A program made the position numbers and the translations under genes. Source: Malassezia furfur (lineage: Eukaryota). From it: a stretch of DNA of 49,739 bases. This document shows positions 30,878 through 42,866 of the stretch, piece by piece. The number at the start of each line of letters is the position of its first letter. Position 1 is the stretch's first letter. The stretch lies in assembly GCA_052055015.1 (NCBI GenBank), contig JBQJIT010000031.1; one strand, 5' to 3'. The notes below the pieces were generated by a model, which saw nothing but the letters and a program-made list of their open reading frames with translations, had not been told where the DNA came from and searched no databases.

Positions 30878-32708
30878 TTAGATATCCCATCCGTCATCGT
30901 CGTCTTGCCCCCATTCCTCGTCCGTACCCGGCTCGCCTTCCGCTTCTTCCTCAGCTCCGTACGCCGCACATGCGCCTTCGAGCGTCTCGCGCAGCTCGCG
31001 CAAGCCGTCGAGACCGCCGACGGCCCCCTCGGTTTCGTCCAATAGGGTCCGTGCGCCGCTGGCAACACCGTACGCCTCCAGCGGCTCCCGGCGGCTCACC
31101 ACGTGGGTCACCAAGGCACGCGCGTCGCGGAGCAGCGTCAGGGTATCGGGGGTCGTCCGTAACGACGCCATGGCTGGCATTGCGCTGGGCTTTGTGTGTA
31201 CCTCTTGTCCGCTAGTCAGCGGCCGCCCGTTTCGCGTGAGATTGCGGAAGATGGACGGATAGGCGCTTTGCAGCGGATAGGCAAGACGAGAATATGTGCT
31301 GGGTAAGCGGTACAACGTACACATGGAGCAAAGGGGATTGCGCCGGATTCCACTTGTGAACCGCGGCCAGCGTGGGCGTTTCCGCCATCGGGTCGGCGTC
31401 GCGTGCGACGACCATCTCGGCAAACGGTGCTGTGGGGGTCGGACGAACAACAGGAGAAGCATCCTCATGGTCATCCAGACCCGCGCGCATGCCTTGCGAG
31501 TATGAAAACGAAGTGTCGTGCCAATTTCGCCCGAGAACGGCCGCGGCTTCGGACGGGTCGGACTGAGGCGTGTCGATTCGCATGTTGCGCGCGGCAAACA
31601 TGGCCGCGATGAGCGCATCGGACGGGTCGGGCTTCGCACGAATAGCGGCGAGGAGCGGGGTAGGAAACACGCCACCGAGCTGCGCGACTTTGGTATCCTT
31701 GCGCCAGTTGAGTTGTGATACGATGCGGCCCCAGCTTTCAAGCTCGTGCAAGCGCGTACTGAGCGTGGCAGTTTCCATGTACGTCGCCATCACGGCACTG
31801 CGCTCGTACAGGTTGTCTGCATTGTAGTGTACATGTTCGCTTTGTGCCGCCTCGGTGCCCAACGGAACCTGCAGCGTCGCGAGATCGAGCGAGGCAGTAA
31901 GGGAGAGCACTTGGTTCATGGCATACACCTTGCGGAGTCGCTTACTCCGTTCATCATCTCCGGTGGGTGCACGGCTCGCGACCTGGAAGACGACGCGCTC
32001 CGTCTTGGGGTATTCATCGGCGAGCCACGCCAGGTACGCACCGTTCACGCCTGAAAACGCATCCGATGCACTTGAAGTAACCTGGAACGCCTGCATCAAG
32101 TCACTGTCCTCGGCAAGCCAGCGCACGTTGTCGTCTAGGATGGCATGCTCGCGTTCCATCGCCTGGGCTACGGCGTAGCCCTGTTCGTAGGTGTCAAAAG
32201 CCTGGACGCCTGGCTGCAGGAAAGCCGTGCCGTGCAAGCTGGGTGCACTCACAGGCACCAGGGACCGTGGGTGGAGCATGCATCGTGCATAGTCTGACCA
32301 GTACTGCAATGCACGGCCCCGTGGGGCGGCGCCATCCTCGGTCGCGGTGCCCTCGTCTTCGCGTCGTAGTTGATCGACGTACCAGCTGGACTCGATGGTC
32401 TCTCCGGTCTGAACTACCTCACCCTGCCACTTTTGACGCATTTCGTCGTCTTCTTCTGCGCCATACAAGGCGTTATGGGTGCGTAGCGTGCCAAACTCGG
32501 GCCTCACGTCGAAAAACAGCGCGCGGGGTGTAAACGTGGATTCGCCGTGCACGCCAAGCCCTTCGCGAAAGGATACGTCGTGGTCGACGAGGGGCACATT
32601 ATCCGATGGTCCGTACTCCATGTACGCCTCCTGGGTGTTCCAAAAGTGGGTCGCAACATGGTTCGCCGGCGTGCCGAAGGTGACATGCACCACCTCCTTC
32701 GGACGCAT
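30878..32708 (-). CDS. DML1: Misato/DML1 tubulin-like protein, ~602 aa; intron 31299-31320 (22 nt)
   Basis: KEVVHVTFG..ANHVATHFWNTQE, TFTPRALFFD, YWSDY...HPRS, AEDSDLMQAFQ, DEYPK and an acidic C-terminus. Confidence 0.9.
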
Positions 32709-32729
32709 CGTGTGTGGAGGTCGTCGACG

Positions 32730-35437
32730 ATGCCCGACGAGTGGCAGCCAGCGGCCGATTGGCACGCGCTCGGCGATGCCTACTACCGGCGCACGACGCA
32801 ATATGAGATGGTGTGGCCGATGCAGCATCTTGACCAGTTCTGGGTTGCCTCGTCGATGGACGGGGGCCTGATCGGTACGTCCCAATCGCTCACATAGCTC
32901 TGCTCCTTGACCCGACGCAGCTCGTGGCTGTCGGCGAGATGGGCTCGGTGGAACCGAAGATCAAGGTGTACACGGGCGTTGGGCAGCTGCTCGAGACACT
33001 TCCTGTACGTCTCTGACTGACGCAGTGGGATAGCGCGCGTGTCGTGCAGTTTGGTTTCACCTGGCGCGACGAGTTGGCGGCGGTGACCGACGACGGGCAG
33101 GTGCGGCTATACGCACTCTTGGACGCGGGCCTCAAAGGCCCTGAATGGAGCGAGGCGACACAGAGTACACAGTATACTGTGCTGTCGCTGGGCGAGCCGG
33201 CCAGCGAGATTGGCGTCGCGAGTGCGGTGGTTTTGCCGACGTGTGTGTATGCGATGCTGCGGAACGGCACCGTTGCGCAGTGCTTCTTCCCTGGGGTCGA
33301 CGAATCTTACGCGACCGATTCACCGTGGGCGGACCGCAAGGCGCCACTCCCGACGCAACAGCACCCCGCGGTGCCGGCCGACCCCAAGGACATAACTACG
33401 TGGAGTGTCTGTGCGGCAACACATACAGTGTACGTCGCGACGCCCGAAACACTGTATGCGCTACATGGAGATACCTACACGCCTTTTTCAATTGATGTGC
33501 GGCTCGATGCGGTCTGCGCGAGCCCCAATGGGAAACTGCTCGCACTCATTGCGGAACAGAAGCTGCGCGTGGTCAAGGCTGACCTGTCGCGCACACTGCG
33601 CGAATGGGATATGACGACCTCGGAGGCCTACGCGGCGAGCCGTGGCGCACCCCCCATGCTTGCACCGCTCGCTGAACCGTCGTTCAACGCGCCGGTGCAC
33701 GACAAGGGCGGCATCGGCGGCACAGGTGCGACGCGGCTGGCATGGTGCGGCGACGACACCGTGGCGATAGCGTGGAGCGGCTCGGTGCAGGTGATCGGTC
33801 CCCTCGATGATCCGCTCACGCTGCCTGTGCCCGGCGCGGTGCACCTGTTTGGTCACCGCGACGGGCTGCAGCTCGTCCACGCCGAGGCGCACGAGTACCT
33901 TGACCGCGTCGACGCGGCAACCGAGGCGGCGCTGCGTCCAGGCTCGACACACGTCGCGACCATCCTGCTGGAGGCCTCGCAGCTTGCCCAGAAGAACAGC
34001 CCGCGTGCGTACGAGGCGGTCGAGGCGCTGCGCAAGGACCTCGGGCACGCTGTGCACGTGTGCGTGTCGGCAGCGTCGCAGGCATGGGACGTGGCGACGC
34101 AGCAAGAGTTGCTCAAGGCCGCGCTTTTCGGCAAGACGTTTCTCGACGCATACGACAGCACGGCGTACCTGCGCACGGCGCGGACGCTGCGGGTGCTGAA
34201 CGCGGTGCGTGACTATCACGTAGGCATCCCGGCGCGCTATGATGCCATGCAGCGGCACGGCGCGTCGATGCTGCTCTACCGGCTGTGTGTGCGGCGCATG
34301 CACCACCTTGCTGAGCGGGTCTGTGACTACATCCGCGTGCGTCCCGACGAGGTACTCAAGCACTGGGCACGCGCCAAAGTGGCACACATGCGCGGTGACA
34401 CGGCGCAACTCGCGGAGCTAATCATCGCCAAGTTTGAGGCCGCTGGCGCGCTCAACTTTGCAGAAATTGCGCTTACAGCGTGGCACGCTGGGCACCCGCG
34501 CCTCGCGACGATGCTGCTCGACCACGAGGCGCGTGCGGTGGGACAGGTGCCGCTGCTGTTGCACATGCGCGAGGACCGGCTCGCGCTGCAGCGTGCGGTC
34601 GAGTGTGGCGACGCGGATCTGGTCTACTATGTCCTTTTCCGGCTGCAGCAGCGCATGTCGCGCGGCGAATTCTTCCGGGTGGTGCAGGCGCCGCTCGAGG
34701 CGCCCGATGTGCCGCTGCCGAGCAAGACGGTGGGTGTGCGGCCGCGGTGCGATTCTACGTACGCCGCGCTCGCCGCGCGTCTTCTGGAGCGATATGCGGT
34801 GCAGCAGGACCACGAGCTGCTGCGTGATTTCTACTTCCTAGACGACCGCAGCGCGTCGCAGGCGATGCTGTGCATCGCCGAGGCGCCCACCGACGTGGCA
34901 CACTACGACGAGCGCGTCGCTGCGCTGCGCACCGCGGCCAAGCACTTTGCCGACGACCGCCAACATACCCAAGACGCGCGGCTTTCAGAAGAGGCCGCAT
35001 CTTTGCTGGGCTTCCAGGCGGGCCTAGACAAGGAGCTCACTACGATGGGCGTCCGTGCGGCGGGCGACTCGCTCGTTGGGCTGCCGCTGATGCGCACCAT
35101 CGAGGTGTGCCTGCAGCACGGCCTGCATAAGCGCGCCGAGCGCCTGAAGCACGAATACAAGGTGTCAGACCGGATGTACTTTGCCGCCCGGACCCATGCG
35201 CTGATCGCGGCGCAGGATTGGCCCGGCCTCACCAAGTGTGTCGGGAAGCGGCCGCCCGGCGGCTTTGAGCCGGTGGTGAGCATGCTGCTGCACGCTGGGC
35301 ATGTCAGCGAAGCGCGCCGCTTTGCGCGCCTCGGCGCCGCCGACAAGGGTAGTCGGCACGCGCTGCAGGCGCTTGTGGAGCGCAGCCCGATGGAAGAGCA
35401 CAAGGCTCAGTTGCGTGCTGCAATCTCGCCTACGTAG
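32730..35437 (+). CDS. VPS16: HOPS/CORVET subunit VPS16, ~887 aa; introns 32875-32897 (23 nt), 33005-33025 (21 nt)
   Basis: PAADWHALGDAYYRR...Y.M.W, GGLIAL, SPNGK, WCGDD, LLKAALFGK, LRVLNAVR, HWARAK, QVPLLL and GDADLVYYVL. Confidence 0.92.
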
Positions 35438-37381
35438 ACGCTCCCGGAAGGTTTCGCCGCCACTCGGCGTACCACGCAGGAAGAAACCCAGGCGCGTCTT
35501 GCACGCCGCGCTCAATTTTATCCATGGTGCACAGGAGCTAGGTGAGTTGGGCGCACGACGTACCTCGTAGTTGAGCTCCTCGCTGATGACCGAGTCGTGT
35601 TTGTACAGCGGGTGACTGCTCACGAAGCGCCGCATCCATGTCGCCGCCGTCATGAGTGTGCCGTCGGCGCGCTCCGCGACGAGGTCGACGTACGAATTGA
35701 GCTGTTTCCGAGTTGCCTCGTCGAGCTGCAGCGTGTCGAGATAGCGGTGGACGAGCGGCACAAAGCCGATCATCTCCTCGCTGCCATCGCCACGGAACAG
35801 CTGGGCAAGCGTGTATTCACGGACGCTGCGCGACGCCGCGTCCTTGGTTTTGGGAGTCCACGCGTTACAAAACAAAAACGTCTGGGTATGAATGGCATCG
35901 CGCTGCTGTGCGCGCTGCATGTTCACATCCACCTGCGAGAGCGGCATATACAAGTTGAGGCGGAAATGCAGGATGGCGCGCGCCAGCAGTACAACAAACA
36001 CGCTGAAGGCTGCGTTCTCAAAGTCGGTCAGTTGGATCTCCATCGGTCGGAACTCGACGCGCCAGCCGATCCGGTCGCCAGGCGGCGGCGGCTTGAAGCG
36101 CATCGTTTGCCAGTTGGTCGACTGCAGGTTTTCAAAGTGGTCGTTCGACTCGTTGTCATCCTGATCGATAAGCTCCGAAAAAATCACCAGCGGGTCGCGC
36201 ACAAATAGGTGAGCAACATGCTCGGCCAACAACGGGTCGACACCCTCGGCTTCGAGCCGGTCGCGCACCGCCGGGTCGATCTCGAGTGCCATGTCGTTGT
36301 CCTCGCTGGGGGCATCGGGGTGCAGATAGGAGTCCACCGAGTCGTACCGGCTCTTGCGCAGCCGACGCGGGCCCGTGCGGGAGTTGTGCATGGGCTCGTC
36401 CGGCTTCACAGGCGCTTCGCCGCGCTCGGCGTTCGTGCGATCGTCCACCGCGCCGGAAATCACGTTCCAGCGGCAGTCGACATCTGCAAGGTATCCGCGG
36501 TAGAACGGCGAGCCGGCGCTGACGGCGAGAAGCAGCGGCGTGACAGGAATCAGCTGGTCGTAGAGCTTGCGTGCCTCAAGAATTTCGTGCGCTTGCATAG
36601 TGACCTGCAGGCAGCAGCAGCCCATGCCGAATCCCATGGCATCCATGTAAATATGGTCGGGCTGTGCCGCACCGAGCTTGGCTTCGGTGTCTTCGGGGAA
36701 GAGTTCGCGGTCGTAAGGGATCGTCGGATCGATAAATGGACGCGCGGTGTTTTTGTCGTGGTAGATAGGGACATTAATGCGTACTTTGGACCCACGGCGC
36801 TTGCGAATGTTGGCCGTCAGCGTAGGGAAGCGAACGTGCATGTTGATAATATCGTCGGGAAGAAAGAGAGAGCGACTCGCCGGGCCATTAGGCTCGAGCG
36901 CTGGGTCGGTAAAAGGCGCGTCGCGCACGCCGAGTCGCGGGAAGGAGGTAAGCGTCATAGGAATCTCGTTCTCCTTCAGGTGCTTGCGGATAATCATACG
37001 GCGCACACGCATGTCTTCCTCGACCCGCAACAGGTCGCGTGGGTCGGCGGAAAAGGGCTTGCCCGGCGTGCTTTCGATCATGTAGCGCCCGTACTCAGGG
37101 TGAAACGTCGGGCTGTTCCTCTCCTTGGATACCTCCGCGCAATTTTGGAGCACGCTCAGGATCTCGCCTTGGCGCAGCGAGAGTCGCGCAGCGTGATGCG
37201 GCCGATCGAGCGCGACGATCATGTATTCCAGTTCGTCGCCCCACGACATAGCATCGCCTGTACGCCCTCGGAAATGACGCCAGAGCGCGAGGAACTGCTC
37301 GACGCCGTGGTCGCGCACATGCTGTGCGAGCGGCACCGCATCGTCCCAGTCTAACGGCGTGCCAAGCGATAGAAGTCCCAT
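35430..37381 (-). CDS. GSH1: Glutamate-cysteine ligase catalytic subunit, ~641 aa; intron 35538-35563 (26 nt)
   Basis: MGLLSLGTPL, WGDELEY, PEYGRYMIESTPG, IYMDAMGFGMGCCCLQVT and QSTNWQTMRFKPPP...GWRVEFR. The intron corrects the read-through C-terminus in the ORF track. Confidence 0.96.
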
Positions 37382-37458
37382 GCTGGCCTAAGCGAAAAGC
37401 GTCTCCGATAAAATCCGAGCTTAATTCCGCGTCGTCGTCGATCTACGACGGACGCTGC

Positions 37459-39249
37459 ATGCCCCTGCAGCGGACGTGGTGGAGCGTCGTGGTGTGGGTC
37501 GGTGTGGGCGGTTCTGGCGTACGGGCCGGGTCGGAAGACGTGGTCGCACCGACGTTGCTCGTCACAGCACTTTTGGGCGCGCTCTCTGTGCTCTTCCTTG
37601 CTTCGTTCTGGGCACTCTCCCCCTCTACGGTCGTGGCCCTCCAGTGGGAAGTGCAACGGTGGTGCAACATGGCGCTCGACACGGTCCGCGAGGCGGTCCA
37701 GGTGCCCCTGTCAGCTGGCACGCTTGTCCTGCGCCCGTTCGGCTTCCAGGGCCGCTCGGAGCCCCAGCCCCGTCGACGCACACGTGGCCCAGCACCGAGC
37801 TGGGTGCGCGGGGCGTACCAGCAATACGGCCAGGAGCCTGGGCCGTTGCCGCCCAATGCGGCGACAGTGGCGCTGTGCATGGCGCGCGACAGTGAGGCGC
37901 CGTACTACCTCGGCCTGTACAATCCTAACATCTACTGCTTCATGAACAGCGTCGTGCAGAGCTTGTCGAGTGTCGCCTTTTTTGCGCACTTTCTGGACGC
38001 GCTCGTGCGCATGGCGGAGCGCTACGACATGCCGACACCCGTCGCGGACGCGATGCGCGAGCTGCTCGTCATCCTTGATACGCCACAAAAGCGGCGGGGC
38101 GCACTGACCCCCAAGCAATTTGTCCACGTGCTCGGCGGCGTGTCGCAGTCGCACGGCATGCGCACGCTGATGAGCGCGCATCAGCAGCAAGATGCGCAGG
38201 AGCTAGCGCTCCTCATTCTCCACGCACTCGACCAGGAGTTGGGTGCCGTGCAGCGTGAGCGTGGGCTGCAGCTCGAGGCCCAGAGCGCCGGGCTCCGGGG
38301 CGCCACAGCTCCCTCCACCCTGGCCTTTGGCCAGCTGCGCGCGAGCCTGGGTCGCGACGGCGACGATGTCGTGAACCCGTTCCGCGGGACAAGCGCGCAG
38401 CGCACGTCGTGTGCGCGGTGTGGGTACACTGAGGCCATCCGCTACTTTTCACAGACCGATCTGAGCCTGTCGGTGCCCATGGGTGTACGGGCGTGTACGC
38501 TGGAGCAATGCCTGGCTGCTTGGACGCAGCTGGAGCAGGTTGAATGGGTGTGCCACCGGTGCAGTATCATGGCGACGCTGCGCCGCGAAAAGGCCGAGGT
38601 GTTACGCCTTGAGGCAGCGGGCCGCGACACGTCGGGCGCAGCCGAGCGGGTGCAGCGCCTCATTTACGTCCTGCAGCAAGGCCTGCACGAGGCCGAAGTG
38701 AACGAGAGCGCCATTCTCGACGGGATCCGGCTCGTTCGCGAGCCAAGCGACCAGAGCACAAAGCAGGTCATGCTCGCGCGCACCCCACGCGTGCTGATGC
38801 TGCACCTAAACCGCTCATCGTTTGTGTATGGCTCAATGGGCCCCACCAAAAACAACGCGCGCGTTGTCTTTCCCGAACTGCTCGACGTCTCGCCCTACAC
38901 CACCGGCGCGATGCTCTCGCTGAACCCGACGGAGACCTTGTCGCGCACGCACACATCCCGGTGTATGTACCGACTGAGTGCGGTGGTGGTGCACTACGGC
39001 GCGCACCATGCGGGCCATTACGTGGCTTTCCGCCGGCGCCCCAAGGATGCCTGGACGCGCATCTCGGACGACCGCGTGGAGCCATGTACGCTCGACGACG
39101 TCCTCGCACAGAACCCTTACCTGTTGTTCTACGAGTGCACAGAGCCCCAGTCGATACCCGCGGCGCGCGCTGTGCCGCACGCGCGTCTTGTCCACAGCTG
39201 GGGCACGAGCCGCACCACGTCGCGCGAGTCTACGCCACTACATAGCTAG
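37459..39249 (+). CDS. Membrane-anchored ubiquitin-specific protease (USP30/Ubp16-like)
   Basis: N-terminal hydrophobic segment; Cys box GLYNPNIYCFMNSVVQSL; QQQDAQE; two CxxC pairs; His box HYGAHHAGHYVAFR; WTRISDD; YLLFYE. Confidence 0.88.
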   Translation: MPLQRTWWSVVVWVGVGGSGVRAGSEDVVAPTLLVTALLGALSVLFLASFWALSPSTVVALQWEVQRWCNMALDTVREAVQVPLSAGTLVLRPFGFQGRSEPQPRRRTRGPAPSWVRGAYQQYGQEPGPLPPNAATVALCMARDSEAPYYLGLYNPNIYCFMNSVVQSLSSVAFFAHFLDALVRMAERYDMPTPVADAMRELLVILDTPQKRRGALTPKQFVHVLGGVSQSHGMRTLMSAHQQQDAQELALLILHALDQELGAVQRERGLQLEAQSAGLRGATAPSTLAFGQLRASLGRDGDDVVNPFRGTSAQRTSCARCGYTEAIRYFSQTDLSLSVPMGVRACTLEQCLAAWTQLEQVEWVCHRCSIMATLRREKAEVLRLEAAGRDTSGAAERVQRLIYVLQQGLHEAEVNESAILDGIRLVREPSDQSTKQVMLARTPRVLMLHLNRSSFVYGSMGPTKNNARVVFPELLDVSPYTTGAMLSLNPTETLSRTHTSRCMYRLSAVVVHYGAHHAGHYVAFRRRPKDAWTRISDDRVEPCTLDDVLAQNPYLLFYECTEPQSIPAARAVPHARLVHSWGTSRTTSRESTPLHS

Positions 39250-39704
39250 TGTACGCCGAGTTTCTTTTCCATCGCGGTATGGATATCGGGCGCGTCGCCG
39301 GACACGCCGGACGGCAAGAAGTCGGCCGTGTCGAGCTCCTCGTCGCGCCCGTCAAGAATGTCAAGGTGCACCTGCGCGACGCCGCGCGCGGGGATATGCG
39401 GGTTCTTGGAAACGATCTTGCGCTCCATCATCGTTCGCACGGGCATGCCAAGTCCAAACACATTGCGTTGCGTCGCGAGCTTCCAGTTGCGCTGCGTTGC
39501 GTCCCAGTGCTCCAGGCGGTGCTGCACAGGGTGGTAGCTGGACGCGGCGGTTTCTGCCTGCAGACTGCGGAGGCCGTGTCGCATGGTGTCGTGGACACCA
39601 ATCTCGCTGTGTGCCGTTGTATGCACATCGGCGTGGGTATGTGTGGGCGCGTTGCGCGGCACAATCTCCAGCGAGGTCTGGGTGAGCGGGCGCCGACGCA
39701 CCAT
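39246..39704 (-). CDS. UMP1: Proteasome maturation factor UMP1, ~144 aa; probable in-frame 24-nt intron 39678-39701 directly after the ATG
   Basis: HDTMRHG, HPVQHRLEHW, FGLGMPVRTMME, VHLDILDGRDEEL and IHTAMEKKL. Confidence 0.9.
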   Translation of the reverse strand: MVRRRPLTQTSLEIVPRNAPTHTHADVHTTAHSEIGVHDTMRHGLRSLQAETAASSYHPVQHRLEHWDATQRNWKLATQRNVFGLGMPVRTMMERKIVSKNPHIPARGVAQVHLDILDGRDEELDTADFLPSGVSGDAPDIHTAMEKKLGVH

Positions 39705-39780
39705 GGTCGTGGAGTGGAGGGTCGTCGCCACGCGTCCGTGATCGGCCACGTGGCGACGCAAAAAAGTCGCCTGCTCCACC

Positions 39781-42700
39781 ATGGCGAAGCGCAAGAGCGA
39801 AGAAGGCGTGAAGGCCGCGGCGGGCGACGACGGCAAGAAGTCGCGCATCGTCGAGCCAACAGCCGTCGTTACAGACGAATTCACCTCTGAGGCGGTACGC
39901 GAGGTGCCTGCCGAGGCGGCAAACGCAGAAAAGGACGCGCAGAACGACATGCTCAAGCTGTCCCACTCTGTACGACATCAAGTTGCCATTCCGCCGGGGT
40001 ACGACTACGTGCCGCTCTCGAAGCACGTCCCTAGCAACCCTCCAGCACGCTCCTGGCCGTTCACATTGGATCCCTTCCAGCAGACCTCCGTGTACTGTAT
40101 TGAGCGCAACGAGAGTGTCTTGGTGTCGGCGCACACCTCGGCCGGCAAAACCATCGTGGCCGAGTACGCGATCGCCCAGGCGCTGCGCAACGGACAGCGT
40201 GTCGTATATACCAGCCCCATCAAGGCCCTGTCCAACCAGAAATACCGCGAGTTCGCCGCCGAGTTTGGCGACGTCGGACTGATGACCGGCGACGTGACGA
40301 TTAATCCAAGCGCGTCATGCCTGGTCATGACCACCGAAATTCTGCGCTCCATGCTCTATCGTGGCTCGGAGATCATGCGCGAGGTCGCGTGGGTCATCTT
40401 CGACGAAATTCACTACATGCGCGACAAGGAGCGTGGCGTAGTGTGGGAAGAGACCATCATTCTGCTGCCGCGCAAGGTGCGCTACGTTTTCCTCTCGGCT
40501 ACGATTCCCAATGCCATGCAGTTTGCCGAGTGGATCTCACAGATCCACTCCCAGCCATGCCACGTCGTGTACACCGACTTCCGGCCGACGCCGCTGCAGC
40601 ATTACCTGTTCCCGCAAGGCGGCAACGGTATCCACCTCGTCGTCGACGAAAAGTCGGTCTTCCGCGAGGACAACTTCCAAAAGGCAATGGGGGCGCTGGC
40701 GGATGCGCGTGGCGATGACCCCGCGAGCGCCGAGAGTGGTAAGGGTCGCAAGGGCGTGACGAAAAAGGGCGGACCGCAGGGCGGACCGTCGGACATTTAC
40801 AAGATCGTCAAGATGATCATGATGAAGCACTACAACCCTGTCATTGTATTTGCGTTCAGCAAGCGGCAGTGTGAAGCGCTCGCACTGCAAATGTCCAAGC
40901 TTGAGTTCAACACGGACGAGGAGAAGGCAATGGTCTCGACCGTCTTTAACAACGCGATCGAGGCCCTCAGTGTTGAGGATCGTGCGCTGCCACAGATTGA
41001 GCATATTCTACCGCTGCTGCGCCGCGGTATCGGCATCCACCACGGCGGTCTGCTGCCGATTCTCAAGGAGGTGATTGAGATCCTTTTCCAAGAGGGACTC
41101 ATCAAGGTGCTCTTCGCCACGGAAACGTTCAGTATTGGTCTCAACATGCCCGCCAAGACGGTGGTATTCACAGCGGTGCGCAAGTGGGACGGCAACGAGT
41201 TCCGCAACCTGTCCTCGGGCGAATTCATCCAGATGTCCGGCCGCGCTGGCCGTCGTGGCTTGGACGACCGTGGGATTGTGATCATGATGTTTGACGAGAA
41301 GCTCGAGCCGGGTGCAGCCAAGACGATGGTCAAGGGCGAGGCTGACCGGCTCGATAGTGCGTTCCACCTGGGCTACAACATGATCCTTAACCTGATGCGC
41401 GTCGAGGGCGTCTCGCCCGAGTACATGCTCACCAACTGTTTCTTCCAGTTCCAGAATGCAGCCAGTGTCCCACAGCTCGAGGCACAGCTCGAGGAGGCCG
41501 AGGCGGCGCGCGATGCAATCCACGTCGACGAGGAAGAGGCGATCGCGGCGTACTACACCATGAAAAAGACGCTCCGTCAGCTCGAACAGGACCGAATGGA
41601 GGTCATGCGGCACCCCAGCTATGCGCTACCCTTCCTTCAGGCGGGCCGACTCGTCCAGGTGCGGCATGAGGCCCTCGACTTTGGGTGGGCGTGCGTGGTG
41701 TCGTACCAGAAGCGCGTCCCGCCCAAGGGTATGGAGCTCGACCAGCGTGCTCCGGCACACAGCCTTTACGTGCTAGATGTGGTGCTGCACTGTGCGACCG
41801 GCACGGTGGTGCCCAAAAACCGCGAAATGGCGCCGTCATTTGCTGGCATTGCGCCGCCCGCATCCGGCGACAAGGGCGAGTGGCTTGTGGTGCCGGTGCT
41901 GCTGTCGACGGTAGATGCGCTTAGTGGCATCCGCATCTTTTTGCCGAAAGACTTGCGCTCGCGCGACGCGCGTGTCCAGGTGGGCAAGAACATGGCCGAA
42001 GTGCAGCGCCGCTTCCCGCAAGGACTACCGCTGCTCGATCCGGTGAAGGATATGAAAATCAATGACGAGGCCTTCCAGCAGCTGCTCGGCAAGATTGAGA
42101 TTCTGCAGGGCCGCATTGCACAGGCGCCCATTGCACAGGACGCGCGGGTCAAGGAGCTCTATGAGCAGTACGCCGAAAAGCAGGCGGCACAAGACAAGGT
42201 TGTCGCGCTGAAAGACAAGATTACCGCTGCGCACAACGTGCTTCAGCTCGACGAGCTTAAGTGCCGCAAGCGTGTGCTGCGCCGTCTCGGGTTCACGAGT
42301 GCGGATGATATCGTGGAGCAGAAAGGGCGTGTTGCGTGCGAGATCAGCACGGGCGATGAGCTGCTGCTCACCGAGCTGATCTTCAATGGTACCTTTAACG
42401 ACCTGTCGCCGGAAATGTGCGCGGCGCTGCTGTCGTGCTTTGTGTTTGGCGAGCGAAGCGAGCACCCCGTGCGTCTTAAGGAGGAGCTTGCGGCGCCACT
42501 GCGCGTGCTGCAGGACACGGCGCGGCGCATTGCGCGTGTGTCGGTCGAGTGCCGCCTGCCAGTGGTGGAGCAAGAGTATGTGCAGAGCTTCAAGGTGGAG
42601 TTGATTGAGGCGGTGCTACAGTGGTGCCAGGGCGCCAAGTTCTCCGATATCTGCAAGCTGACCGACGTGTTTGAAGGTTCCATTATCCGTGCCTTCCGCC

Positions 42701-42840
42701 GGCTGCAGGAGTTGTTGCGCCAAATGACGCAGGCCGCCAAGGCGATCGGGAATGTGGAGCTCGAACAGAAATTCGAGCAGAGCCTCGCGAAGCTGGAGCG
42801 TCCCAACTCGATCATCTTCAGCCCGTCGCTGTATCTGTAG
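39781..42840 (+). CDS. MTR4: Exosome-associated RNA helicase MTR4
   Basis: [45 protein letters not shown], arch domain, C-terminal FSPSLYL; lacks the Ski2 N-terminal extension. Confidence 0.96.
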   Translation: MAKRKSEEGVKAAAGDDGKKSRIVEPTAVVTDEFTSEAVREVPAEAANAEKDAQNDMLKLSHSVRHQVAIPPGYDYVPLSKHVPSNPPARSWPFTLDPFQQTSVYCIERNESVLVSAHTSAGKTIVAEYAIAQALRNGQRVVYTSPIKALSNQKYREFAAEFGDVGLMTGDVTINPSASCLVMTTEILRSMLYRGSEIMREVAWVIFDEIHYMRDKERGVVWEETIILLPRKVRYVFLSATIPNAMQFAEWISQIHSQPCHVVYTDFRPTPLQHYLFPQGGNGIHLVVDEKSVFREDNFQKAMGALADARGDDPASAESGKGRKGVTKKGGPQGGPSDIYKIVKMIMMKHYNPVIVFAFSKRQCEALALQMSKLEFNTDEEKAMVSTVFNNAIEALSVEDRALPQIEHILPLLRRGIGIHHGGLLPILKEVIEILFQEGLIKVLFATETFSIGLNMPAKTVVFTAVRKWDGNEFRNLSSGEFIQMSGRAGRRGLDDRGIVIMMFDEKLEPGAAKTMVKGEADRLDSAFHLGYNMILNLMRVEGVSPEYMLTNCFFQFQNAASVPQLEAQLEEAEAARDAIHVDEEEAIAAYYTMKKTLRQLEQDRMEVMRHPSYALPFLQAGRLVQVRHEALDFGWACVVSYQKRVPPKGMELDQRAPAHSLYVLDVVLHCATGTVVPKNREMAPSFAGIAPPASGDKGEWLVVPVLLSTVDALSGIRIFLPKDLRSRDARVQVGKNMAEVQRRFPQGLPLLDPVKDMKINDEAFQQLLGKIEILQGRIAQAPIAQDARVKELYEQYAEKQAAQDKVVALKDKITAAHNVLQLDELKCRKRVLRRLGFTSADDIVEQKGRVACEISTGDELLLTELIFNGTFNDLSPEMCAALLSCFVFGERSEHPVRLKEELAAPLRVLQDTARRIARVSVECRLPVVEQEYVQSFKVELIEAVLQWCQGAKFSDICKLTDVFEGSIIRAFRRLQELLRQMTQAAKAIGNVELEQKFEQSLAKLERPNSIIFSPSLYL

Positions 42841-42866
42841 ACAAGAAGTACATGTGCATGCCTATG

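Noticed and set aside
35165..35429. Apparent 270-bp coding overlap of GSH1 with VPS16
   Set aside because: The 26-nt intron at 35538-35563 shifts the frame and ends GSH1 at 35430, so the real overlap is 8 bp.
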